From Paraspadella gotoi (lineage: Eukaryota; Animalia; Chaetognatha), in contig CM119270.1 in the NCBI GenBank assembly GCA_051294375.1, forward strand, positions 18,335,267 to 18,399,266: a DNA stretch of 64,000 nucleotides, given 5' to 3'. Under the pieces are notes generated by a model. The model was given only the letters and a program-made list of their open reading frames with translations, did not search any database and had not been told where the DNA came from. The first letter of the stretch is position 1; the number at the start of each line of letters is the position of its first letter. Both the position numbers and the translations under genes were made by a program. Below, piece after piece: positions 12,789 to 23,700 of this stretch.

Positions 12789-15700
12789 TCATTTGTCTCC
12801 GTTGTTGAAGTCCTCGTGGCGAATGAGTTCGAACTCTCCGTCGCTCCCGGAGGCCGAGGCGCCGGTGGAACCGGGCGGCGCCGGATCGTCGACAGCTTCG
12901 TTGTCGTCGACGCCGCCTCCGTCGTCGGGCGACGCCTCGTCGTCGCGATTCTCGTCCTTATCGTTCTGGGAGCAAAAAAAATGTTTTGGGTTTCATTTTA
13001 TTCAGACATTCATACGTTCATTCATCAATCATTCATCATAATTCGCCCAATCATTTCCAGAGCTCCAAACATTGGGGTTCTGTCCATTACCGAAATCCTG
13101 GTAGTAAATTAAACACAAATCGCTACCATGTCAACAGACCTTGCGCCCCACGGCCCCTTACTCTTACTTCGTCGCCTTCGTCGCTCCGTCGATCGGCGCC
13201 AGAGTTGGCGGCGTCCGAATCTCCTTCCGCGTCAGAGTCTTTAGACTTCTTTCTTTTCTTTTTCTTTTTCTCACTGATGGACATGGAGAAATGGAAAGAG
13301 ACATGGAGAAAAGGAAAGGGATATGAGATAGGAAAGGTAAAAGACGGAGTATAAAAAATAAAATAAGGTTCAAAAAAAAGGGAAATAGGGAATTAAGGAT
13401 TATAAACAGACAAAAGAATACAAGTAATAAAGAAATTTAAAAAAAAAAAAAGAGAAATAATGCGTTTTCCCTCGTCTCACCGGTTTCCGTCGTCGACGTC
13501 GTCGTCGTCCCATCGAACCTCCAATTCGTAAAGCGGAGAAAAGGATTCCAAAAATCCCACATCCTCCGTCAGATTGGGAAGGAGGAAGAAGGAAACTTTT
13601 CCCACGGTCGCCAGCCAAAGGAAAAAGTAGAGGACGTAGCGGAAAACGGAGAGCGCTAGGATCACGCCTTTGGTGAGGAAGGGGCGGGGGGGAGTGCCAA
13701 GGCGGGTCGAAGCATTATTATAGTCGTAGCAACGGAAACGTTTAATCACATTGAGACAATAAAATCTTTACACCCACCGAGCAAAGCGGCCGCCGCCAAG
13801 CTCAAGTAATAAGCTCCTATTCTCATCCACTCGGGCCAAAGGGGAAAGAGGCAGACGGCAATTGCGCCGACGACGAGGAGAAGACCGATCACGAAAGTCT
13901 TTGGCCGAATGGGGTCGAAGATCCAAACGTAAGCCTTGGGTTGGAAAAAATAAAGTAGCTTATTCACTGTAACGAGAATGATTTAATTCTTCTTTCTCAA
14001 AAGAAGTCTTGAAGGAAAGATTTACTAAAAGCCAGGGATCCTTGGAAAAAAAATTGAGTCCAACAAAAACCACTGAACTGTCAACATTGTTCGTTTGTAA
14101 CTTGTTTAATAAAACATTAATCTAAATGATTATTTTTGCGCATTAATTTCACTACAATAATAACCGATCATCAGTTTCAATAGGTCAAAAAGGATGAGGT
14201 CGATTCGATTTCAAGCTCACTTCGTTTCCGTCGATAAACATCTGGTCTTCGTGCCAGTCCAACTTGATTCTCTTCTTCTTCTTCTCCTTCACCACCGGCG
14301 TTCCCTCCCCCGCTTCCTCTCCGCCCGACTCTTCTTCCCGCTTTTCCTCCTTTTTCTCCTCTTTCCTTTTCTTCTTACTCTTCTTTCCTCCTTCCTCCGT
14401 CTCTTCCGTCTCCTTTTCCTTCTTCCTTCGCCGGACTCTGTCCTCGGTTTCTTCTTCCGGTTCGTCTGAAGAGAAGATTAAATTATTTAATATTTAACGA
14501 TTAACTTTACTTCCCCCCATTAATCGATTATAACCTTTGTCGGACTTTTTCGTCTGAACGATTTTCCTGGCGCGATGGAAGAGTTGGTTGCGTTTGAGGA
14601 GCCGCTGCCCGTAGGCGACGCAATCTTCGCGGGAGGAAAAAAGACGGGAAGCGTCGTTCTTTGCCTTTTCGCCCCACTGAATGTCAATATTTTATATGAA
14701 CAAATGAATATGAATGAGGCAAGGGAAAAAAGAGGTCAACAAAAATCTCAGGGAAGACTGAACAATGGATATAAGACATTCATCTCCCCCCCCTAAAAAT
14801 AAAATGTAATATTAGGTTTCGCATACAATCGGTGTCTTTTAGACAACGAAATCTGAACTTCAATAATTACCATATTTCTTGATCTCATTGGTTAGTACGA
14901 AGCTTTCTTCATTTAAAAAAACGGTAGTCTCAAGTTATCTCCTTCTTATCACTTAGAACTTCCCATGTAAATTTCTATGAGTTAAAAATACGGTAAGACA
15001 TGATTTCTTCAATGCTTGTCAATCTAATCTCATTAACTGCTTAATTTTAGAAAAAAGTATGCTTGAATTTTTATGGTACAGATGATTTTTAAAGATCGAA
15101 TTCCTTATAAGAATCCTCATGTCTTTTACTGACACAAAAGATTTTAGGTAAGACGCCACATTATCTGATACAATTTTTTTTCTTTCATACGCTTTTCCTG
15201 ATAATTTTTCTTCACCTCTTTTCTTCTCTTACTTTATATTTTCCTCTTCCTCTTTCCTCCCTTACTTCTCAGCTGTCACTTACCATTTTTTTGGCCCCTA
15301 CCTTTTTCGGTCACTCATGCACTTTCCTCACCTTTTTTCTCATTTTCATTCTTTCCCTTTTTTTCCCCCTCTTTTTCTTTCCATTTTCCCCTCTTTTCTA
15401 CCTTACAATTGTTTCACTATTTTTTCCCCATTTGCCTTCGTTTTTTTGCCTTTCACCCTCTCTTTCATTCTCTCCCTTCTCTTTTATAGTTTTCCCTTTC
15501 GTCTTCACTCTCACTACATTTACATTGAGCCAAATCAAAGAAATTCTTTAATAAGCATTATAAGAAAGAAAATGAATGGTAGCGCATGATTTTTCTTTCA
15601 ATTTTGGTTGCCTAGCAAATTTAGAAATCGACAGATTTTGCGGAAAATTTTTCCGCAAAATCTGTCGATTTTGAGAAAAAACAAGTCCTGATGCTTTCCA

Positions 15701-16717
15701 GTGGATTAAAAGGATGCGGATTTTTTTGATTAATCAAGGTCAGTATGTACCTCATCTTTTAAAACTAATAAATGAGTTGAAAATATTCTCTTTATCAAAA
15801 ATAAATGCAAGTCACAAAAAGTCACAATTAAAAGACGTCTTTAAAAATTATTTGTGGCTAAACCAGAAAAAGTTTTTTTGATAATTTTATAGATGTTAAA
15901 AGCTTATTCAAAGGCTACATTTTCTGTTAATTTCAACCAATTTGATTATTTTTGTTTAACAAATTATGATAAAGACTGAAACTCCAACTTTTTGACTTGT
16001 TAACTTTAAAATTAATTTATAGGCAAACTATAAATGATTTAAGCTAATAAATTTACCCAGAGGTAAAGAAGATAAGAAAGAACGGATTTCCAAAGTAAAA
16101 AATTTTTCTCAACTTTCCTTGGCATTCAAATCAGAAGTCGTAAGTAAAAATGGACAAAAATGGACATAATTTTTTTGGCTAAAAATTGCCAAAATGGTAC
16201 TATTTTATCATTAGAAATGGGTGGAGATGTTTTTAACCAATCATTCGTTCGGCCTAATTTGTGTTGTGGTACAAAGTTAATCAACATTGTAAGTAACAAC
16301 TTTGGTGACAACAACTGAACAATAGTGGAAAGAGTCGTTTTTTTCCTAAATGCAACGTTTGTACGCGGAACCATTACCATGCGATATAATTCTTTGGATA
16401 TTCCTATGATCGCTGCGAAATAGTTTTCTTCTGTTTGTTCTTGAAAACAAACACTAACAATCACCATTTGAAACTTAAATTCTCTCAAACAACAATAACA
16501 ACAACAACAACAACAATAATATAACTGCGACCTTTGACGCCACGAGAGCGTCGACGGCCTTGGATCCGACGAAGTAGTCGACCCGCATCCCGCGCAGAGT
16601 CGTCGTCTTCGTCGGCACGTTGAAGCGCAGAAACTTGGCGACGGCGTACTCCTCCTTGGAGATTTCCTCGGGTGGGTCGTTGCCGCGACCGCGACGCCCG
16701 CGTTTCGCAGTCGACAT
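12789..16717 (-). CDS. SEC62: Translocation protein SEC62, multi-exon
   Basis: EEYAVAKFLRFNVPTK...VDYFVGSKAVDALV; AYVWIFDPIRPKTFVIGLLLVVGAIAVCLFPLWP; FFLLPNLTEDVGFLESFSPLY; acidic C-tail with LIR-like GEFELI. Confidence 0.95.
14815..16372. mobile_element. Degenerate non-autonomous DNA-transposon-like insertion in a SEC62 intron
   Basis: Imperfect TIRs ggtttcgcatacaa versus (reverse complement) ggttccgcgtacaa, with ATTA on both flanks. Contains a 47-bp palindrome at 15625-15671. Accounts for an unusually long (~1.85 kb) intron. Confidence 0.45.
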
Positions 16718-17178
16718 CGCGCGAGACCACTTGTTTTTTTTTTTCCCTTCTTTTACTCGCAGACAGAGGTCATTCGTCAAACAGGGATTTTGATTGGTAA
16801 TTAAGCTCTTTCCTTCGTCCTATCACAGGTGTTTTGTTTTTTTGTTTTTTAATCGAATTTAAATACAGAATTAAGTCACTTTCAGTCCGGGAATGGAGTT
16901 TCCGAAAAAGGGGGTGTTCGCTTTTTTGAGGAGTAAAATTGAAAATTGAGTGCAAAATCATAAAATGATAAATGGACTCAATTACAAGTGATTTTGATCA
17001 AAACAAAATTTTTGGAAAAAAAACAAAAAAAACAAAAAAAAAACAGAGAAACTTGTATTTTTATCTAAACAAAACATTGAACTCGCGTTAAAAATAGAAA
17101 AACCACGCGTCACCAATACCCCAACTGGCCAAATAACTAAGCTTAAATCACTTGTAAAAAATAGCAAAGGTGCCGAGT

Positions 17179-19042
17179 CTACGTTGTGACGGCAGAGTAG
17201 ACGACCTTCGGCCCATGACCCTTGACCATGGCGTAGCAGAGAACCGTGACCACCATGACGACGAGAAAGTAAGAAGTGTGAAGTAAGTGCAAGTTTATCA
17301 CGGAGCGATCCTCCGCGTTGAGAAAGACCGTGAGGGCCGGATCGAGTTTGAATTTCTAGGGAGTAAAAGAGAAAAAGTATTACTATTAGGGACAACGAAA
17401 TCGTTTAACTTCAAATGAGAGTCACTCAATCTAATTTAAATATTGTCGTTATTAGATAAACTATTAAATATTGATAATTTGTAAATGATAAAATAGCCTA
17501 AGCTTGCATATTACTCAATAAATTATGAGAAATTCTATTTCATATCGAATTGGTTGTTTGTGCCCATTTGTATTTATTATTCACGAACATTTCAAATCGT
17601 CGCAAACAGAATTCCCCACCCCTGCACCAACCGTATGAACGACGGGGCCTCGCGGGCAAAACGGGATGGCGCCCCACCCTTGGGAGGCGATCTCCCTGTG
17701 TGCCTCGATAGCGGCGTGGATTTCGAGGGAGGCGTCGGGCGTCGACGGCGCCGCCTCGCACCGCGCCGGTTCGTTGGGCGTCGCCGGAAACGCGTCGACG
17801 CTCCCGGCGACGTGAACGCAAGTGGGAATGTAGATCGTGGGACAAAGACGACCTAATAACGTTGTGAACGAGAGATGTGAAATAATGTATATATTGTATA
17901 CACGATATGATTTACAAACCGGCCGCAGACTCACCCAAGAGTACGTGGTTATTGCAAAGAGACTCATTGAGACTTTTATTGCGTCCGAGTTCGAAAGAGA
18001 CGCTTAGGCGAGCGGTGGCGGCGTCGCCTTGTAGACCGAGCTGAAACCCGTAAATAGAACCTGGAGGAGAGAAAGTACACTTAATAATAATCGGATAAAA
18101 TCACAAGAAATAATAAGAAGCTTATTTTTAGCAAATCGGATTTTAAAACGTAAACGTAGACGTAGACGTAAAACGTAGACGTAAAACGTAGACCGAAGAC
18201 CGAATCGCACTCACCCGACAAGTGCGTCAAATTATTAGACTGTTCCAAAAACTCATGCGTGGGATGGATGACGAGATAAACGCGGATCGAATATCTCCTG
18301 TGAAAAATACAATGTTAAAATGTTAATTAACAATTGATTTCTTTATTAATTAATTAAAAAAGTTTCTCACTTGATGCTTCTTGAAAGAGACGCGGACGCG
18401 GTGGGATCGGACGTGAAGCCGAATCGAGGGATGCCGTTACCCTCGGACACGTTGAACGAGGGAAAGGATGTCCCGTTTCTTGAAAAAAACGATTCAGATA
18501 ATTTTTAAAATAAAAAGGCCCACAACAGGGCCAAATTCAGCCGCAGAAGTATCGTGGCGCGCCCACCCAACGCTTACCTGATGCTGTTGACGCAAAAGTC
18601 CACCTTGGAGAAACTCTCGAGAAAGACGTTCCAGTCGAGGGCGATGTCCGGGTGGCGCACCTTGTCGTTGTGGTTCAGCCAATAGGAGAGGGAGAGGAGA
18701 GTCCCAGCCAGCGCCGTCATGAAGACGAGGAAGACGACGAGCGGCGGCCGCGAGTTGACGAACGCCTGGGGGAGAGGATCGTAAAATTCGCATATTGCAT
18801 ATTGCAGGCGACTAATTTTCGAAAGGAAAAATAAAAACCAGATTGAAATAATAAAAGCCCCTATTCAAAATAAGACCGAGAACTTTTTTTGATTTTCCAT
18901 CACCAGATTTTCACGGACACCAGAAATTTAAAACGAGGACGACAACAACAAAATGGCGCAAAAATAAATTGTCGGAAAAAAATGAAGCAGGGTCGAAGCA
19001 CGATATCGCCCGAACCTTAAGGTTTTCGACGGCCGACCGCAT
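17179..19042 (-). CDS. TMEM248: Transmembrane protein 248 (TMEM248/TMEM219 family), ~7 exons; mostly missed by the ORF track
   Basis: Spliced translation MRSAVENLK|AFVNSRPPLVVFLVFM...PDIALDWNVFLESFSKVDFC and last exon LTVFLNAEDRSVINLHLLHTSYFLVVMVVTVLCYAMVKG match TMEM248 hallmark motifs. Confidence 0.9.
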
Positions 19043-20726
19043 GGCGGGACAGAGTCACAGGGAAAAGTGAAAATATCGGGAGCGCCGAAGCGAACTCCGC
19101 AGGGAGTTCCGCCAACTCCTTGGCCACATGGCTGAGTCGGGGATGCGTCGGCGTTGCGTCGGAAAAGCGTCGGCAAGGCGACAGGCGAGCGTCGCGACAG
19201 GCGAGGATTAAAGATCGTCCATCGATCGAAGACTGTTGGCTCAACGCTCCAAGAACGTGAAACGCCTCCAAGTTCGTAGTTCTTAAAACAGTTTATTGCT
19301 TTTTTTTAATATTTTTCGTCTGTAAGGAGAGGTTCTATTCAAATGTTTGATAAACATCTTTTAGGGTTGAAAGAGCGGGGGAGGGGGAGAATATTGCCGT
19401 TAAATTTTGTATTGTTTTTACCGAGAGCACGGTAAAGGATCACTGGAGACTAATTTCAATTAATTTCTGTTTAATCTAACTTGATAGCATTAGTGAAAAA
19501 AAAAAAAACATTACGAGGACCAATTACGTCATTACAATCTCTCAAGAAACGAACCGAATCTTCGTCGGGTCGTTCGGCCATAAATGATTTTTTTTCCCTT
19601 TTCTTTCTTTTTCTTTTAAGCAAACATAACCAACGGGAGAGTGGGGGACAATCATGACAACAAAAAAAAACCTTTCCGGATGCTAATCCGAAAAAAAAAG
19701 AAGAAAAAACATTTGTTGAGGCCTTGGTGCTTTTTTTGAAAACTTAATATGAGCGCTGGAGACGGACGTAGATAGCTGATATACATCGAGGATAAAATCC
19801 ATGCGACGGTTTTCCATTCCCAAACAATAAGCGTACTTTGTTTTAAATGAGCAAAAAGCCAACTTCGCTATGCGGTTAAATTTTATAACGTATAAAATAT
19901 ATCGAAGGTATTAATTTTTAATGTAATTACAAGTTTTCTAAAAAATTACCCTAGTAACAACTCTATATTGGGAAGAATGCATATGTGTGCATATTTTTTT
20001 ATATTCGCAAATAGTTTGAAAAAATAACTGCTGTAAAAATGGGGACATTCTTAAAGAATTATTAACAACAGACGATCCGTGTTGTGGTCGACGTATTCTT
20101 CCTGATTGCTTCAAATTCAAAATACTTTTAAACATTTTTTGAGTAATGGTCGAACAAAATAATATGTTACCTCATGGACGCTTTCAAAAGAGGCGCCATG
20201 AGATTTACACCATAAATCTTGGATCAGGAGGAAACAAACGGATCGATGTCGAATATGCTATTTAATTTTTAAAAGCAATAAACTATATGCATTCTCTACG
20301 AGCGACGAATGAGAATTTACCATTAAATGATACCACATTGTAATTATGATAACTGTAGGAACCATAAATTAAAGAGGATAAAAGGAGAACGCAGAGAGCT
20401 AGGTTGTAGTCGTAATATAATTTCATAATAAAAATTTCAACGATTTTTTCCCCTAAACAGGAATAAATTTCGGCATCGTCAAAAAAAAATTAGCAAAGAA
20501 GAAAGAAAAAGAAGAAAAACAGAGCACCATCAAAAGATTCCAGGATTTTTCACTTATAATATACTCTTTAAGTCGCCGTCCAAACGCTCGAAAAAGAGCG
20601 GGGAATCTCTTTTGTTAATGATACCGCCTCAGTTTAGGTTACAAATGGCCACAAATCGTTGCAGTTGCACTTTTTTACGTGTTTTTATTTTCTTTTTTCT
20701 TCGACAACGAGACGATCGGCGATCCT

Positions 20727-23700
20727 TCAGACGCCGGGGTCGCTGGTTGGCGTTGACGCCACGCTCCGTCGAAATCCGGGGTTGGCGCGCGCCAAATTCT
20801 CGTCCAAGTCTTTAAAGACCCAAGTGTCGCCCTCTTTCTGGAAGAAGCGCCACGGGTAGTGCGTGCCCGAAGCGGCTCGGGCGCGTTCGCCCGCCCGCTG
20901 AGCCTCCTCAAGGCGAAACTTGGCATCCGTCGCCGCTTCAACGTCTCCTGCGGCGAGGGAGGTCGTCACGTCGCGCCAGAGTCTTTAGGAGGGAAGGGGA
21001 GGTCAAAGAAAAATTGTGACGGAAGAAAGAGGTAGAAAGAAATTAAGAGGTGAAAAGAGAGATGAAAAAAAAAAAGGAGAAAGGCAAAAAAGGTAAGAAA
21101 GAGAGAAAATAATAAAATATAGCACACCTTCTACTCTCGTTGTCCTCTTGAATCTCCACGGGTCGAACAGCCTTTCGGATGACGGGAAGCTTCTTCGTGT
21201 CGTAGGTCTGACTTTGACCAGTCGCTTCCCGCGTGATCTCGATACTGCCGTTCCACTCGCCGGCGGCGCGATAAAGGATCAATCCTGAATAAAAGATATA
21301 TTAAATATGTCATCATAGACAGATGAATAAAACGCGGAAACAGAGAAAAGGATTAAGGAAGAGGATTCCGGAAGAGAAGGTTCGAGAAAAGAAAGAGGAG
21401 GATTCCGGAAGAGAAGACTGGCTTCGTCCATATGCCGCTTATAAATAGCCTCAGTTTCTGCTTTGATTCACTCTTTCTGAAAATTGACACCGTCTTCTCT
21501 TGTCTATTTTCGGATAATAAAATTTAACTTTGATTTCGAGACAGTTTGAATTATTTTTGGACAATGATTTTAATTTAATTCAAACAGACATGTTTCAGCT
21601 TCATTTCAAGCCTTCATCAGCGTGAGTGAACTTGGAAAAATGGACCAATTGACCACTCGCTTCTGTATTTTCTAGAGCTTGTTTAAAAGCTTGTTTAAAC
21701 TTCAGTAATTCCTAGAGCTTGTTTAAAGCTCTGCCGTATTTCGATCGCCTCGACTACCTTTCAATGATAGTCAATGAGCAGGGATACTGTCTCGCCGTGG
21801 AAAAACTCCTTAACATCGAGGTGCCCTTCGGGGCCCAGTATATTCGGGTCCTGTGGTCAGAGCTGACACGTATTGCAAACCATCTTCTTTTTGTCGGCTG
21901 CCACCTTTTGGACATCGGGGCCATGACACCGTATTTTTGGGTTTTCGAGGAGCGCGAGAAGATCTTCGAGTTCACTGAGCGCTGCACTGGGGCTCGCATG
22001 CACTGCGCTTATGTACGACCTGGAGGTGTGAGCCAAAGATTTCCGCTCGGTTTTCTCGACGATCTATGGCACTGGTGCAGTCGTTTTGCCAGCGCGTTGA
22101 AGAGGTCGACGATTTTGTCACCGGACAACAGAGTTTGGATCAACAGAACATGGTTTCCAAGACAAAGATAGCTTCCAGTCCCTGCCATGCCCTTTTCTCG
22201 CGGGGCCATGGGTAAAAGAAGTTGTCCTCCCAAACCTCGACTCCGGGACATCACCCATCTTCTGGTTCACCCTCGTACCTCGTCTGGGACGCTGTGGCCT
22301 TGTCAAGAGTGCGGTCGCATTGACGGAAGAAAGGGTCGCTCAGGCATCCAGTGCGACAACTGCCTTCGCCGCTTTCACGCTTCCTGTGTTGGAATCACCC
22401 CCAGGCACATTTCCAATGTCCTTCGCTGGTACTGTCAGAACTGTCGGTCCCCGCTCTGCTCCAAAGGAATTCCTTCTTCACTGAGTCAAGACATCTCGGA
22501 GCGTCTTCGTCTCTTTCGCGCTCAAGCCTCGGATCTCCCCCTCTCACTTCAGAGAACTTTCCTCTTCTTCCTTCCTCTCCCTTGGCCTCTCCCCCGGATC
22601 CTTCTCATCCTTCCCCTCCTTCCTCCCAGGTTATTCCCCCTTCACTCTGTATTCCTTCCCCCCCTCGTAAACCAACCTGCAAGCGTCCTCCTGGCCAGCC
22701 CCCTAGGCGGCCCCTTTTGGCATCCCAGCATCCCCGAATCCTCTTTCGTGATGAGGGTGGTAACGAATTTCCTCTTTTGCCCCACCCTCCCAAACCCAGA
22801 ATCCCACCCCGGGCCCTCTTGTCTCTCCTGGCCTGTCACCTCCCGCACCCGCCCCCCTCCTCTTCCCCTCCTCCCCCTCCTCCTTCCTCCTCCCCCTCCT
22901 ACCTTTCCTTCCACTTTCCTTTCCGCTTCCTTTTCCCTCAACCTTCTACATCTCTTTTGAGCCTGGCCTCAGCCAGACCTCCAGTCCCAACCACCTTTGA
23001 CTCTCATCACTCAGGGCCTTCAGCTCGCCGTGAAGCCGTCACTCCTTCCTTGGAGAAATCTTGCAGTCAACTGATTCCCACCTTTCGCCATGTCCCAAAG
23101 CCTTGTCGGAATGCTTGGTCCAAAATTTTTTGCTCAGCTATTGACACAGTCCTAGAAGACCCTTCACACAAAGAAGGCATTCAATGGCTCTTTGCCTTGC
23201 CTAAGGCAACCTTATCGACTCCCCCGAGAGGTGGAAGACAGCATGGAAATCAAACCGTCAACCTCGTCAAAGACCGCTTCTCAAATGGGAGAGCAATGAC
23301 CGCCCAAATATTCTTAAGGGTAATCCCCGTCGGAAGAACGCCTCCTCAACCCCTTCCAGGAATCAGCACATCATTCGGGCTGCGCGAGATGGTCAATATG
23401 CTAAAGCCTCAAAGTTGCTAGCCTCTCATGGCACAGCACCTCCCTCCAAACAAGCGCTCGACCAACTAAGGAAGCTCCATCCCGAAGTTCCCCTTCCTTA
23501 ATTCCCATAGAGGATGACCCCCCTTTCGTCATAAGTGAAGACCTAATGATTGCAGCCCTCCGTTCTTTCCCTGAAGGCACCGCTCCTGGACATCAGGCCT
23601 TCGCGCTTCACATATTAAGGAGGCAGTCTTCTGTGGAAAGTCCTCTCAGGCAGCCAAGACAACCTCAAGCTTTACCCGACTCTTAAATGTCATCGCTTCC

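Noticed and set aside
21719-22171. NDUFS2/nad7 ORF as a functional gene or a NUMT
   Set aside because: It is an internal fragment only, lies within a retrotransposon TSD, reads in the standard code and has no other mitochondrial genes adjacent.
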